Assembly (NCBI GenBank): GCA_963668025.2
Contig: CAXXTH010000010.1
Location: 1,120,001-1,184,000, forward strand
Direction: 5' to 3'
DNA from: Candidatus Hydrogenedentota bacterium
Lineage (GTDB): Bacteria; Hydrogenedentota; Hydrogenedentia; Hydrogenedentales; SLHB01
Length of the DNA: 64,000 bases
Shown: piece by piece, positions 54,337-64,000 of the stretch
Position numbering within the stretch: position 1 is the first letter of the stretch
Layout: each line of letters opens with the position of its first letter
Position numbers and translations under genes: made by a program
Notes under the pieces: generated by a model
The model's input: only the letters and a program-made list of their open reading frames with translations
Database searches by the model: none
What the model was told of the DNA's origin: nothing

Positions 54337-55932
54337 TTATCTGAATTCGAGGCCGAATATCTCGGCTTCTTTCAGCTCGAACCGCAGCACCACATCTTCT
54401 TCAGGCGCGAGGCCCAGATCGTTCTGTTCTTTCCAGCACACGGGAGTCCAGTGTAAATCGCCAAACAAAAGCGCGGCGTTCTCCATCTCCCGTCCAGGAA
54501 TCACCTCGCCGGTTCCGCGATACGCAGCTACGCGGATATATCCCGCCCGCCGTGTTTTTGCGTTGATGTACAAGCGCTTGCCCGGAGGCAGCACGGGGAT
54601 GGTTTCGAATTGCCCTGACTGCTCCGCTTTGAGCGATATCAAGCGTCCTTGCGGCCACCGCGCATACCCTGTCTGGCGCTCCGCTTTGCTGCGGGGATAC
54701 TTGTGGGGCACGTTGAATCCAGTGTATGGCATCACCCAGTCGCCGTTGGGTAGTTCCGTCAAATTAGGATGGGTATAGATGCATCCGCCGTTCCACTGGC
54801 CGAATGTTCCGGTTTCCAGCACCGGTTCTTGCGAGGCGTATTGCCACAATAGGCCGTCATGGCTTGTTGCCAAGGCGATCCAGGTCTCGTCGTGGTGGCA
54901 CAAATCCCATACCGCGGGGAACATCAGATGGTGTTCAGGCGCGCCGGGAATGGTGGTGTAGCAGTTTGTGTATAACACTTCTGATGGACGCATGGCCGGA
55001 CTGGCCTGCAAGGCTACATCCGGCAAGGGGAAATGATCAAACCGTTTGCTCCTCATGATGCCCACCGACCGCCGCGCACTGCTCACCATGTCGATTGCCG
55101 AATACGGCCGGCCTCGTTCCGAGCGGGGCAAGTCCGCGTAATCCCGGGTATAGAGCACATATTCGCCCAGATTTGCGTTGAACGTGCAGATCAATTGGGT
55201 GTCGCAATGGGTGATCACCAATGGCGTATCATGCTCCCGCCAAGTGATCCCATCGGGAGAAACCGCGCCACGCACCCCCATGATCAGATTCACATCTTCG
55301 CGAAACGCCCGGGCGTCTATATCTTCCGGCCAGCGTTCCTGGTAGCGCGCCACCTGTTCCGGCGTCCATGAATAACACTCCGCGACGAGTTTATACCGTT
55401 CCTCCGGCGCTCCCACGGGATCGCGAAACACGGAACAGCCTCCACCAATGAAGCAGGAGGTCTCGAACACGATGTTGTTTTCTTTCGATGAATCATGCTC
55501 GAACTGCCCGCATTTGGGGGCGCGCCAATGATATCCGTCATCCGATTCCCGGTAGGTGATGTAATGATTTGGCCGCTGGCCCGGCTTGAAGATCTGTAAA
55601 TCGCCCCAGCCCGTGGCAATCCACGCCCGGTATAGTCCGTCATCCCGCAACAACGCGCCCATGGCGCCCTCGCGTTCCCAAGGTTCATCCAATTGCAACA
55701 CGTTTTCCGCGGTTTCCGCAGGATACGTTTTTAAGCGAATCCCCCAAGGATTGCACGCCGCTGGCTGGAGTTTAGCATCATATGGCCCTTCATCGCCCAC
55801 CACGGTCACATCATCACCCGCCGCATTGCGCCACCGCGAGGAACCCTGGCTTACAAAGAAATAGTTTGTAAAAACGATGCGGTTCCCCAGCAGCTCATAA
55901 GGAACGCCTGAAGTTCTTTTTCTTGCGCACAT
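54337..55932 (-). CDS. putative beta-propeller glycoside hydrolase (GH32/GH130-like, uncharacterised)
   Basis: Asp-box-like S.DG..W repeats; C-terminal LYINA..GYIRV beta-sandwich; carbohydrate gene context. Confidence 0.6.
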   Translation of the reverse strand: MCARKRTSGVPYELLGNRIVFTNYFFVSQGSSRWRNAAGDDVTVVGDEGPYDAKLQPAACNPWGIRLKTYPAETAENVLQLDEPWEREGAMGALLRDDGLYRAWIATGWGDLQIFKPGQRPNHYITYRESDDGYHWRAPKCGQFEHDSSKENNIVFETSCFIGGGCSVFRDPVGAPEERYKLVAECYSWTPEQVARYQERWPEDIDARAFREDVNLIMGVRGAVSPDGITWREHDTPLVITHCDTQLICTFNANLGEYVLYTRDYADLPRSERGRPYSAIDMVSSARRSVGIMRSKRFDHFPLPDVALQASPAMRPSEVLYTNCYTTIPGAPEHHLMFPAVWDLCHHDETWIALATSHDGLLWQYASQEPVLETGTFGQWNGGCIYTHPNLTELPNGDWVMPYTGFNVPHKYPRSKAERQTGYARWPQGRLISLKAEQSGQFETIPVLPPGKRLYINAKTRRAGYIRVAAYRGTGEVIPGREMENAALLFGDLHWTPVCWKEQNDLGLAPEEDVVLRFELKEAEIFGLEFR

Positions 55933-56193
55933 GCAGTATTTCCTTCCATATAACGAATTCTAGATTGCCTTGGCTGGCCCACACAGGGGGCGTTACTGCC
56001 TCTAGAAGCACAATGTATCAAAATTTGTTTAAAATGTCACCTAAAATATTACATATGTTGCATTTTGGGGTGAATTATGAACAGATTAAGCGATTGTCCG
56101 TGATGGTTTTATGGGCAAATTTGAGATATACTCAATTGTTGAAAGCGGATGAATCCGTTTCATCTTTTAAATCGGAGGTAGGATATTCGTTCC

Positions 56194-57096
56194 ATGTGCC
56201 CTGGCAATGCTTATCGAGATACTGTGCCTGTTATGCGGCTTCACCGTTATGAACACTCGCAACGTGTGGAAATGGACCGTCTTTTTCCGGGATTGCCAGA
56301 GCGTTTGCCGGTAATCGAACTCATTGAATTCCGCCAGTGGGATGTTGTCCGCAAGCTACCGCGCCATACGCACGACAATGTGTTTCACTTGGATCATTTT
56401 CTGGATGGACAAGGCACGTACATGATCGATAACCGCCTTAACGCTATCGAGAAGGGGGTGTTTTATTTTGTGCCGCCGCATGTGCCTCATCAGCTAAACG
56501 TGGCGGAAACAAGCAATCTAGCCCATTTATCGATAAAGTTCATTTACCCAGGCCTGGATGCCAGGTTTCTACCCTATTTTTTCGCCCCTGAACCCGAAGT
56601 CGCCCGGCGTGTCCAAGCCACCTTGCGCGCGGCTGCGAATCTACTCTTTGATGATGAGCGCAAACTGTTGATCGCCACCTTAATGCTTATGCAAGCCCTC
56701 GTTGATCTCCATCGCGCTGCTCAGGAAACAGGTGAAACCACGGGCGAGCATATCCGTATTGTCGCCGCAAAGCACTTTATGGAGGAGCATTTCACCCAAC
56801 ATATTACGCTTGATGACATCGCCCAAGCGGCGGGAGTGGGGGGGCCTCACCTGTGCCGGGTATTCAAGAAAGAGACTAGCCAGACGCCCTTCGAATTCTT
56901 ACGAAAAATCCGGCTCGATTGCGCTAAATATTGGCTTTCCCAGACGGATGAAAAGCTCGCCGATATCGCCGTTTACACTGGTTTCGGGTCTTCCCAAGAA
57001 ATGAACCGTGCGTTTCGGAAACTGGAAGGCATGAGCCCCAGGCCTTTCCGGTATCTTGTCACCGGAAATGGCGGCCCCTCCGAAGAGGATGAATAA
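56194..57096 (+). CDS. AraC-family regulator with cupin sensor domain
   Basis: RHTHD..VPH cupin; LDDIA, LCRVFK, IA..TGF.S....R.FRK..G.SP..FR; start may be 56233 or 56272. Confidence 0.92.
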   Translation: MCPGNAYRDTVPVMRLHRYEHSQRVEMDRLFPGLPERLPVIELIEFRQWDVVRKLPRHTHDNVFHLDHFLDGQGTYMIDNRLNAIEKGVFYFVPPHVPHQLNVAETSNLAHLSIKFIYPGLDARFLPYFFAPEPEVARRVQATLRAAANLLFDDERKLLIATLMLMQALVDLHRAAQETGETTGEHIRIVAAKHFMEEHFTQHITLDDIAQAAGVGGPHLCRVFKKETSQTPFEFLRKIRLDCAKYWLSQTDEKLADIAVYTGFGSSQEMNRAFRKLEGMSPRPFRYLVTGNGGPSEEDE

Positions 57097-57123
57097 GCCA
57101 TAATAAAGCCTTCGGCGATGCTC

Positions 57124-59472
57124 TTATGGTTCAATCGAGATGGTTTCGCCTTCGAGCAGGGACAAAAGGAGCATATCGCCTTCATACTTCATGGAAGCGT
57201 ATTTCCCTTGCACGGGCGCATTTGCTGGCGCATTCGGAAGGTAGGCGCGGGGTTGTATGCGTACGGATGTATCCGCGGTGGACATGAGGCGAAGCACGCC
57301 GCCATCCCATCGCAGCATCACATTAGCGGCATCCGGTGAAGTGAATGCGAATGAAGGGCTTTCGTACGCCATATTGCCTATGAACAGCGCGTTTTCATGG
57401 CGATAGACATATCCTGTCTCGATGGGCGTATCGGCGCGGTCGACCCATATCCAGCCGCCCTCGTTACCCGCTGCGATGAATTCACTTAGAAAACGCAAGC
57501 CATATGCCAGAGGTTTTACGCCATGTTCAGGAGTGCCGTCATCATAGAAAATCCCTAGGCGGGATTCTTTAAGCACTTCCTGCTGGTTGTCCCATGGGAG
57601 CCAAGTCATTTGGGTGTGGGCATTACGCACGGAGATGTCGTTCAACATCCACTTGGCGCAGCCGCCATATCCTTTTGCGAATGCATAAAGATAATGCAGT
57701 AATTCGCCAAGGGCGCTGGCATGCACATCGAGAAAGGCGTTTGGGCGTTCATAATAGCTATTGGGGTAGCCGAATTCGCCTAAGCTGATAGGCCTGTCTG
57801 GCCAGCATGCATGCAGGCTGTCCATGGTGCTTAATTGCAGTATCACGCATTCGAAGTTATCCGGCCAGGTGTAACAATGGTGCGAAACGAAATCGAGTGT
57901 TTGGTTGGCGGGCAAGCAATCCCACACGGTGTTGTAGCCTACGGTGAGCGGAACGCCCGGTAAAGCGGCCCTAATAGGATCGCCCGCCCAATGGATCATG
58001 TCCGCATAGATTTGATTGGCATACTCGAAGGCATTTTGCTGATTGGGCTCGGTAGGATACGGTAATGGCCCGCGCAGGCCTGGCAGAGAGGAGCAAAACG
58101 GGTGGGAGAAGATGCCCGCCCAGCTTAGATAAGGAGCCCACCCCAATTCATTTGGCGGGCAGGCGGGCTTGCCATCGCCCATTTTTATGTGGGAAGCCGC
58201 ATCGGTCCACTCGGCGGCCATTTCCCAGAAATACGGTTCATTCTTTAGGTCAAAAGCGAGAAGCACGGGCTCATCCTTGAACGCCAGCGCCATTTTTGTT
58301 GCGCGTTCCTGAAGTGCGCCTTTTTCTTGCTCGCGCTGGCTGCCGGTGACGACGGGCATAAAATAGACGCCGTAACGGCGGCACATTTCAATGAGCAGTT
58401 CGCGGCCAGGACTCTCCAAAAATCGGTCTGGGCCCCAGATGCGGATGAAATTGATGCCGTATTGATGCATCATTTGAAAATCTTTTTCGACTTCTTGAAT
58501 GTCTTGGGCGTCGTATTTTATGTATACGTTTCCCGTGTAATTCGCGCCAATCATGAAGAAGGGCCGTCCGTCTTCATATTCAAAGCGCTTGTGTTCTTTG
58601 TTCAACAGAATACGAGGCGGTGCTGGGGTTGTGATTTCCACCTTGAGTTCAGTTTTTTCGCGATATTGTGAGGCGCATCCTGTTTCCAGACCATCGCGCT
58701 GGGCGGGCTCCAGGCAGGCGCGAAACGCGGTGTCGAACTCGCTGCTTAGGTAGAAGCCGTCTCCCTCGACGCCAAACAGCAGCCAGCGTGAGTCGAGGTA
58801 ATCACCGCCGTAATTGATGAGCAGGCTGGCGGCCAAGCCGCAGCGCCGTCCCGAGGCGTCATACGCGGTTAATAAAGGCATATTCCACGCTTGGCCGGGA
58901 AAGGTGAATCCCACCGCGGAGACGCCGCTGTAGTTTCCTGAAAGCGATATGGGTGAGGTGAAAAGCGATTGGCCAGCGTATGTTCGTATTGCCCGGATAT
59001 CTGGCATATGATAAATCTCGTATTCTTCGAACGCACCATAAAACGGAATAGTGCGTGTTTCCTCGATATGCTTAAGTGGCGAGTCGAAGATGGTGCGGCT
59101 TTGCCATGCGCCATCTATCTGTTTGAGCGGCTGGCTGAAGGCATGGCCGCCGAGCAACACCAAATCGCCTCCTTGCCGCAAGAACGCATCGAGTGCGGGC
59201 CAGGCGTCTAGTGGAAAAGCAGGGCTATAGGGCAACACCAGGCAATCGAACCGGCTGGATGTGAGCATGCCGGGTGCGGTGAGCTGGCCATAAGAGACCT
59301 TTTCAACACCGATGCCTTCCGCGTTGAGAAGGTCCGCGATATGTTGTGCGACGGATGCATGGGCGTAAGGGGAATCATCATATAGCACCGCCGCTTGTTT
59401 CCATGCCGGACCGCCATCGGTTGTCGAAAATAGGCCAGCGAGCAGGCAGGCAATTCCGGTGAGGACAGGCAT
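57124..59472 (-). CDS. secreted clan GH-A (GH5/GH2-like) glycoside hydrolase
   Basis: GGAGG RBS; GANY, GINFIRIW, FDLKNEP (acid/base), ISLGEFG (nucleophile). Confidence 0.8.
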   Translation of the reverse strand: MPVLTGIACLLAGLFSTTDGGPAWKQAAVLYDDSPYAHASVAQHIADLLNAEGIGVEKVSYGQLTAPGMLTSSRFDCLVLPYSPAFPLDAWPALDAFLRQGGDLVLLGGHAFSQPLKQIDGAWQSRTIFDSPLKHIEETRTIPFYGAFEEYEIYHMPDIRAIRTYAGQSLFTSPISLSGNYSGVSAVGFTFPGQAWNMPLLTAYDASGRRCGLAASLLINYGGDYLDSRWLLFGVEGDGFYLSSEFDTAFRACLEPAQRDGLETGCASQYREKTELKVEITTPAPPRILLNKEHKRFEYEDGRPFFMIGANYTGNVYIKYDAQDIQEVEKDFQMMHQYGINFIRIWGPDRFLESPGRELLIEMCRRYGVYFMPVVTGSQREQEKGALQERATKMALAFKDEPVLLAFDLKNEPYFWEMAAEWTDAASHIKMGDGKPACPPNELGWAPYLSWAGIFSHPFCSSLPGLRGPLPYPTEPNQQNAFEYANQIYADMIHWAGDPIRAALPGVPLTVGYNTVWDCLPANQTLDFVSHHCYTWPDNFECVILQLSTMDSLHACWPDRPISLGEFGYPNSYYERPNAFLDVHASALGELLHYLYAFAKGYGGCAKWMLNDISVRNAHTQMTWLPWDNQQEVLKESRLGIFYDDGTPEHGVKPLAYGLRFLSEFIAAGNEGGWIWVDRADTPIETGYVYRHENALFIGNMAYESPSFAFTSPDAANVMLRWDGGVLRLMSTADTSVRIQPRAYLPNAPANAPVQGKYASMKYEGDMLLLSLLEGETISIEP

Positions 59473-59532
59473 GCGTGTACCTCCTTGCGTTTTTTGCGCT
59501 GAGCCGAGAGTTCAGCCACTAAGAGCATTGTC

Positions 59533-59570
59533 AAATAACACGGCCACGGAGTGTTGCCTCTCCGTGGCCG
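59533..59570 (-). terminator. hairpin/terminator between the PASTA gene and the GH gene
   Basis: CGGCCACGGAG / CTCCGTGGCCG stem followed by TGTTATTT on the minus strand. Confidence 0.65.
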
Positions 59571-59607
59571 GTTTCCTAACGCGGATATTCATCGGTAACG
59601 GATGGGA

Positions 59608-60900
59608 TTAGCGCCCCATACGCTTGCGCAGCAGGCTCACGCCTGTTCCTACGCAGCTTCCACCGAGCAACACGATACCGAGCAAACCAGCCACGGGCAG
59701 ATCCGAAGAAGCGCTGCCGGTGGAGACCACTAGCGTGACCGTCTCGCCTGCGGCAAGCGCACTGCCGATAGCAGGCTCCGTGCGAATAATCGTACCCGCA
59801 GGTACGGTGTCGCTGGCTTCCTGCTCGACACTGACGACATAACCGGCGTCTTCCAGCGCGGTCGTGGCCTCCGCTTGCGTCATGTCCGACACATCCGGCA
59901 CGGTAGCGCCGCCGCCGCCTTCCAGAACCACGTTATCGAACCAGATAGCCGCCCACTGGCTCATGGTGGTTGTACTAGAGAAATTGATAACGATCTCTAA
60001 ATCCCCCGCTTCCGCCAGAGTGATATTTTCAGTGGGCGTATAATTATATATGGGGGAGCTTGACGTGTGTGTGACCGCGACAGGGGTTCCGGCGTTTCCA
60101 TTCAAATCAAGCTGGACCGAGTAATCGCCATCCCACCACGAGCCGACATCAAAGGATACCGTGTAGTCACCCGCTGGAACATCGCGAATGATCTGCGAGA
60201 TGGTTCCGGCGAGCACATTGCTGGCGCCCGCCGATTTGTTGCCCAAGCGCATGCCGTAAGAGCCCAATGTCCCGCGCGGGGGATCTGCTGCTCCATCCTG
60301 CTCGATAAAGGGACTTGTGGTGGAAGCATCAAAGGCCACTTCCCAGCCCGCGAACGAGCCATGGCTGTTGAACTCGAAGCTGGGATTGGCGATCAGTTCG
60401 CTGCCGATAGGCGTGATCTCCCAATCATCGAGTTGGAGATTGATGCTGGCCTCACTCGTATGCTCGAATTTGATGTTTAGATTGCCGGCCGAGTTAACAC
60501 GCACCGGCACGCCGATGTTTATATAGTTGCCGCTTGGTTCGCAGAGATTATATACAACACTCTCGACGCCGTAGCCGCCATCCGCGCTTATCGTCATTGT
60601 CGTCGATGCATAACCAAACGCCCAAGCCGAGACCAGATACCGGCCTTCCGGCACCCCGGTCAAGGTTTGTTCCGCCGAACCGGTGTGCTCGGTGTCGCTC
60701 CAGAACTTCAGGCATTCCGTGCCGGAATGGCTTTGAGCGGCGATGTTTTCGAAGAATGGGCCGAAATCGCCATCCGATACCGTGATGGTCCATCCGGTCG
60801 CATCATCTTCATATCCAGGATTCGTAATTGTTTGCGACTGCGCGGCGAACGCCGCGAGCAGCCCAGCCGCCAATACGCATAATAGCTTACCCCTCTGCAT
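59608..60900 (-). CDS. surface protein: two CBM-like jelly-roll domains, PASTA domain, C-terminal anchor
   Basis: AAGGAG RBS, signal peptide; ITNPGYE..LDDW and IANPSFE..WFDNV; TVPDVSDMTQAEA..LE.AG..VTLVVSTG; LPVAGLLGIVLLGG..LLRKR. Confidence 0.85.
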   Translation of the reverse strand: MQRGKLLCVLAAGLLAAFAAQSQTITNPGYEDDATGWTITVSDGDFGPFFENIAAQSHSGTECLKFWSDTEHTGSAEQTLTGVPEGRYLVSAWAFGYASTTMTISADGGYGVESVVYNLCEPSGNYINIGVPVRVNSAGNLNIKFEHTSEASINLQLDDWEITPIGSELIANPSFEFNSHGSFAGWEVAFDASTTSPFIEQDGAADPPRGTLGSYGMRLGNKSAGASNVLAGTISQIIRDVPAGDYTVSFDVGSWWDGDYSVQLDLNGNAGTPVAVTHTSSSPIYNYTPTENITLAEAGDLEIVINFSSTTTMSQWAAIWFDNVVLEGGGGATVPDVSDMTQAEATTALEDAGYVVSVEQEASDTVPAGTIIRTEPAIGSALAAGETVTLVVSTGSASSDLPVAGLLGIVLLGGSCVGTGVSLLRKRMGR

Positions 60901-61178
60901 GACTTTCTCCTTTCTTCTCTCTCCAGTTGATGTGAAAGGAGCTTCCGCTTGTGCGAAAGCACCACTGTTACTAACCAGCCTGGCGCCTCTACGCACCTGG
61001 CCGGATCTCGGCGATGAAATCATTTCTTACATGCTCGTGGTGGAAATCCTCTGGCAACGCTTCTATTTTTGTTGCGGATGCCCGTATTCAATAGTAAAAC
61101 CGCGTGGCGAAGCTCTCAGAGAGGGAGGAGGAGCAAGCTCCGCTTGAAGCATCGCCACGCCTTGGAATAGCTATCGCC

Positions 61179-62342
61179 TCAGCCCATGCCGCCAAACATG
61201 CCTGTTCTAAAAATGAGGTATCCATCCGTGTTCGTATGGCCGTATTCCGTGGGAGGCTTGCCGTAGCCCATCGGCACTTTTCCGTCCGGATTGATCCGGA
61301 TGAACTCTACATGCCCGTCCATGTAGAGCACATTCGAGCCGCCAGGGATATGGTTGAATTTCGTGGCGCCGTTATCCGAAGAACCTACGCCGATGAACTT
61401 CCACGAGTCCATGGTCTGGCCCCATGCGTCATACATGACCGGCAGCGTGCTCTGGCCAATAGCGCCCGAGGCGGGATTATTGATGTCCGTGATGAAGAAG
61501 CGTTCCACCCCTTCCCGCAGCCGTTTGTAGGTGCTGGGCATGGGATTGCCCTTTTCGTCATAGTCTTTGCCGTTGTTGGTGTAATCCGTTAACTGGGCGG
61601 CGGGCAGGCCAAACTCGGAGTGGCTCCACCGGTTTAGATCGCTGCCTCCACGGTTCGGCAAATAACCTGAACCAAGGACGCATTCCGCCCCATTGGAACT
61701 GCTGGCGCCATAGACCTTGCGTGTGAATTTGCCATCATAGGGGCCCTTCGCGGAGTAGTTATTGGGATAGCCAAACGACCAGAACCAGTTCCACATGCAC
61801 CAGCCGACATCAGCAAGCTGGCAATTGCTTTCCACTGCATACGCGATATAGGTATACGATTGGGGGAGCCCCAGCAAGGCATGCAGGCAAAGCTTTTGGG
61901 ATTCATCGGAGGACGCTAGTTTGGCTTGATTTTTGATCTTTTCCACGAAATCACCGCTCGTCAGGCCCAACTGGGAGGCTTCCGCATCCGCGTGGGCGTC
62001 CGATGGGCATTGAATGATGGACGGATCCGACCAATAATCCGGGTAGAGCGAAACGGAGTTCAACCCCATGGCGGCAAATAGCCACACGGAACCCGATTGT
62101 TCGTTCTTGATGCCGCTGAAGACCACGGGATTATTCTCGGGAAACATGCTCTTGTTTTCGCCCGAGTACATCTTAAAAATAACGCCAAATTGTTTCAGGT
62201 TGCTTGCACAGGAGGCCCTCCGCGCCGCTTCCCGCGCCCGCGCCAGTGCTGGCAGCAGGATCGCTGCAAGAATGGCGATAATGGCAATGACCACGAGGAG
62301 TTCAATCAGTGTAAATCCATTCTGTTTAGAGTGCCGATTCAT
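61179..62342 (-). CDS. DUF1559 prepilin-type protein with H-X9-DG motif
   Basis: [42 protein letters not shown]; CPSD; [19 protein letters not shown]. Confidence 0.95.
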   Translation of the reverse strand: MNRHSKQNGFTLIELLVVIAIIAILAAILLPALARAREAARRASCASNLKQFGVIFKMYSGENKSMFPENNPVVFSGIKNEQSGSVWLFAAMGLNSVSLYPDYWSDPSIIQCPSDAHADAEASQLGLTSGDFVEKIKNQAKLASSDESQKLCLHALLGLPQSYTYIAYAVESNCQLADVGWCMWNWFWSFGYPNNYSAKGPYDGKFTRKVYGASSSNGAECVLGSGYLPNRGGSDLNRWSHSEFGLPAAQLTDYTNNGKDYDEKGNPMPSTYKRLREGVERFFITDINNPASGAIGQSTLPVMYDAWGQTMDSWKFIGVGSSDNGATKFNHIPGGSNVLYMDGHVEFIRINPDGKVPMGYGKPPTEYGHTNTDGYLIFRTGMFGGMG

Positions 62343-62378
62343 CAAGATAACCCTCCTTTGTTGAAAACACGATGTATA

Positions 62379-62650
62379 TGTAACGGCTTACAAGCTACAA
62401 AAAAGAACCGCTTTATATGTAGAAAACGTTTGCTATAACGTATTCATTTTCTCGTTTTAAGCATTAAGTATGAACGAAATCCATTTTTTGTATTGGATGA
62501 TGAAACTGATCCGCTTCAACGTAACAGACTAATAAAATGGAAAACCTTGGCTGTCCCCGCCCGTCCCTTTACGTTCGCTGTTTGCCTCAATTCAATCAGA
62601 AAACGTTTACTAACCGGATGCATCTTACACCCTCAGCCCTATTCTGTCAA
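62379..62650 (-). promoter_or_regulatory. sigma70 promoter with LacI-type operators in a long leader
   Basis: TTGACA(62650)-17 bp-TAAGAT(62627); AGAAAACGTTTACT 62598-62611, AGAAAACGTTTGCT 62421-62434, TGTAACGGCTTACA 62379-62392. Confidence 0.72.
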
Positions 62651-62843
62651 GGCTTTTTCGTGGGAAATAATACTTTATTCATTCAAAAAGATAGTGGATG
62701 CTGAATGTGCAGTCCTCCATGCTTATATTCATATGCTTATATTCATAATGGCGCTGGATGTGCGATATGCTATAGTTTTTTGTTCGCTGGCGGGAAGGCT
62801 TTGCGCCTGTCTTGTTAAGGCGGAAGGCAAGTGAGAAGGTGAG

Positions 62844-64000
62844 ATGGCGGATTTTCGAGTAAAACCGGTGGAAACGGACGAAGAGCTGCGGCAGGCTAAT
62901 GGGCTTATGGCGGAAGCCTATGCGGCGCATGATCCCCGTTTGCGCCACTGGCTGTGGGAGCTGGCCCACCGGTATCCTGGATACCGCCGGGAACACACGC
63001 GCATTCTCCGTGGCAAGGGGGAAGTCGTGAGTGCGCTGCGCATCGTGACAGACACCATTTCCATCGGGGAAAGCCGGTTGAAAATGGGGGGGATTGGGTG
63101 GGTGGCCACGGCGCCCCATCATCGCGGCAAAGGCCATTGCCGGGCGCTGATGTTTGACGCCATGGATTTTATGAAGCGGAATAATTACCACGTCTCCATG
63201 CTGTTTGGATATCCAGATTTTGGCCGGTTTTTCGGTTATGCGCCCGCTTTCGCGGATTATGCCATTTATGTGGACTTGAATGTGGGAAAGGCATTCGAGC
63301 CATTGCTCCGGATGCGCCCGGCCCGGCCTGGCGAGATTCCGGCCATCCAAAAGCTCCATCATGCTTGCAGTACGGATGTGGCGTGCGGTGTATTGAGGAC
63401 GGCGGCCCATTTCCGGAATCGTTGGGATTGCTGGCATGATTGGTTTGCCTTGACCGATGCACAGGGACGCCTCGATGCGTATTTTATCGCATCGCTAGAA
63501 GGCGGCTATTTGCGCGTGGATGACGCCGCGTGCGCGCATCCAGGCCTATGCCCGGCCCTCATTGGCGCAACGGCGGAATTGGCGGCGGAACACGCCGCCC
63601 GAGGCATTGTCTTTTATATTCCGCCTTCTCATGTTCTAGCACGTTGTTTGCTCCGGTTTCCGTCACGCCACGAAACGCGCATTGTGAATGAGGGTGGCAT
63701 GATGCGTTTCATCAATCTCGGTGAAACACTGGAGAGTTTGATACCGGAGTGGGAGAGCCTTCTCGGCCGCAGTCTTGCGCGGGAGCTCCATACGGAGTTC
63801 ACCCTGTTTGTTTCGGGACAGCCTTTCCGAATACGTAATCACCATGGAGCCGTAGACGTGTCATCGGTGGCCGGAGCCAATAAGCTCAGCTTGGATATGG
63901 ATGAAATGATGTTTTTGGCGGCTGGGTTCATATATCCGGAAGATATCTTGGCCGCGCACCGCTGCATCATGTCATCTGATGCGCGGAGTTTGTTTCTTGC
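62844..64000 (+). CDS. Eis-like GNAT acetyltransferase; 3' end outside the window
   Basis: Hand-translated MADFRVKPVETDEELRQA..LKMGGIGWVATAPHHRGKGHCRALM..SMLFG; absent from the ORF track. Confidence 0.85.
   Translation, partial: MADFRVKPVETDEELRQANGLMAEAYAAHDPRLRHWLWELAHRYPGYRREHTRILRGKGEVVSALRIVTDTISIGESRLKMGGIGWVATAPHHRGKGHCRALMFDAMDFMKRNNYHVSMLFGYPDFGRFFGYAPAFADYAIYVDLNVGKAFEPLLRMRPARPGEIPAIQKLHHACSTDVACGVLRTAAHFRNRWDCWHDWFALTDAQGRLDAYFIASLEGGYLRVDDAACAHPGLCPALIGATAELAAEHAARGIVFYIPPSHVLARCLLRFPSRHETRIVNEGGMMRFINLGETLESLIPEWESLLGRSLARELHTEFTLFVSGQPFRIRNHHGAVDVSSVAGANKLSLDMDEMMFLAAGFIYPEDILAAHRCIMSSDARSLFL

Noticed and set aside
62679-63437. 252-aa minus-strand ORF
   Set aside because: Antisense to the motif-bearing GNAT gene starting at 62844

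Overview
GC-rich bacterial chromosomal window; the gene content (DUF1559/H-X9-DG prepilin, PVC-like glycoside hydrolases, (L/V)PV-type anchored surface proteins) suggests Candidatus Hydrogenedentes, which is an inference. Left to right: a truncated SIR2-domain defence-like gene absent from the ORF track, a GH42-like hydrolase, a surface operon (3-Ig protein, 2776-aa Ig-repeat adhesin, membrane-anchored lone dockerin), a large unknown membrane protein between ~230-bp inverted repeats, MrfAB-type repair genes with an intact IS upstream, housekeeping and transport genes (MATE, MBL hydrolase, LysM protein, pfkA, Fe/B12 ABC importer, degenerate REC-GGDEF, exbD, nitroreductase, CobW-like GTPase, dnaX, SRP RNA, ispH, htpX, MacAB-TolC-like pump), a pilin/CBM/glycoside hydrolase locus with LacI-type operators, and a truncated GNAT gene. 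The best candidates for undescribed biology are: a shared C-terminal sorting signal on three unrelated surface proteins; a DUF1559-pilin-centred glycan utilisation locus with no SusC/D; and a family of mosaic intergenic elements built from 8-9-nt-period inverted arrays plus GTAG REPs. Four genes segments carry +1 homopolymer frameshifts, probably sequencing errors. No CRISPR, tRNA or rRNA was seen. All family calls are by motif recognition, without database searches.
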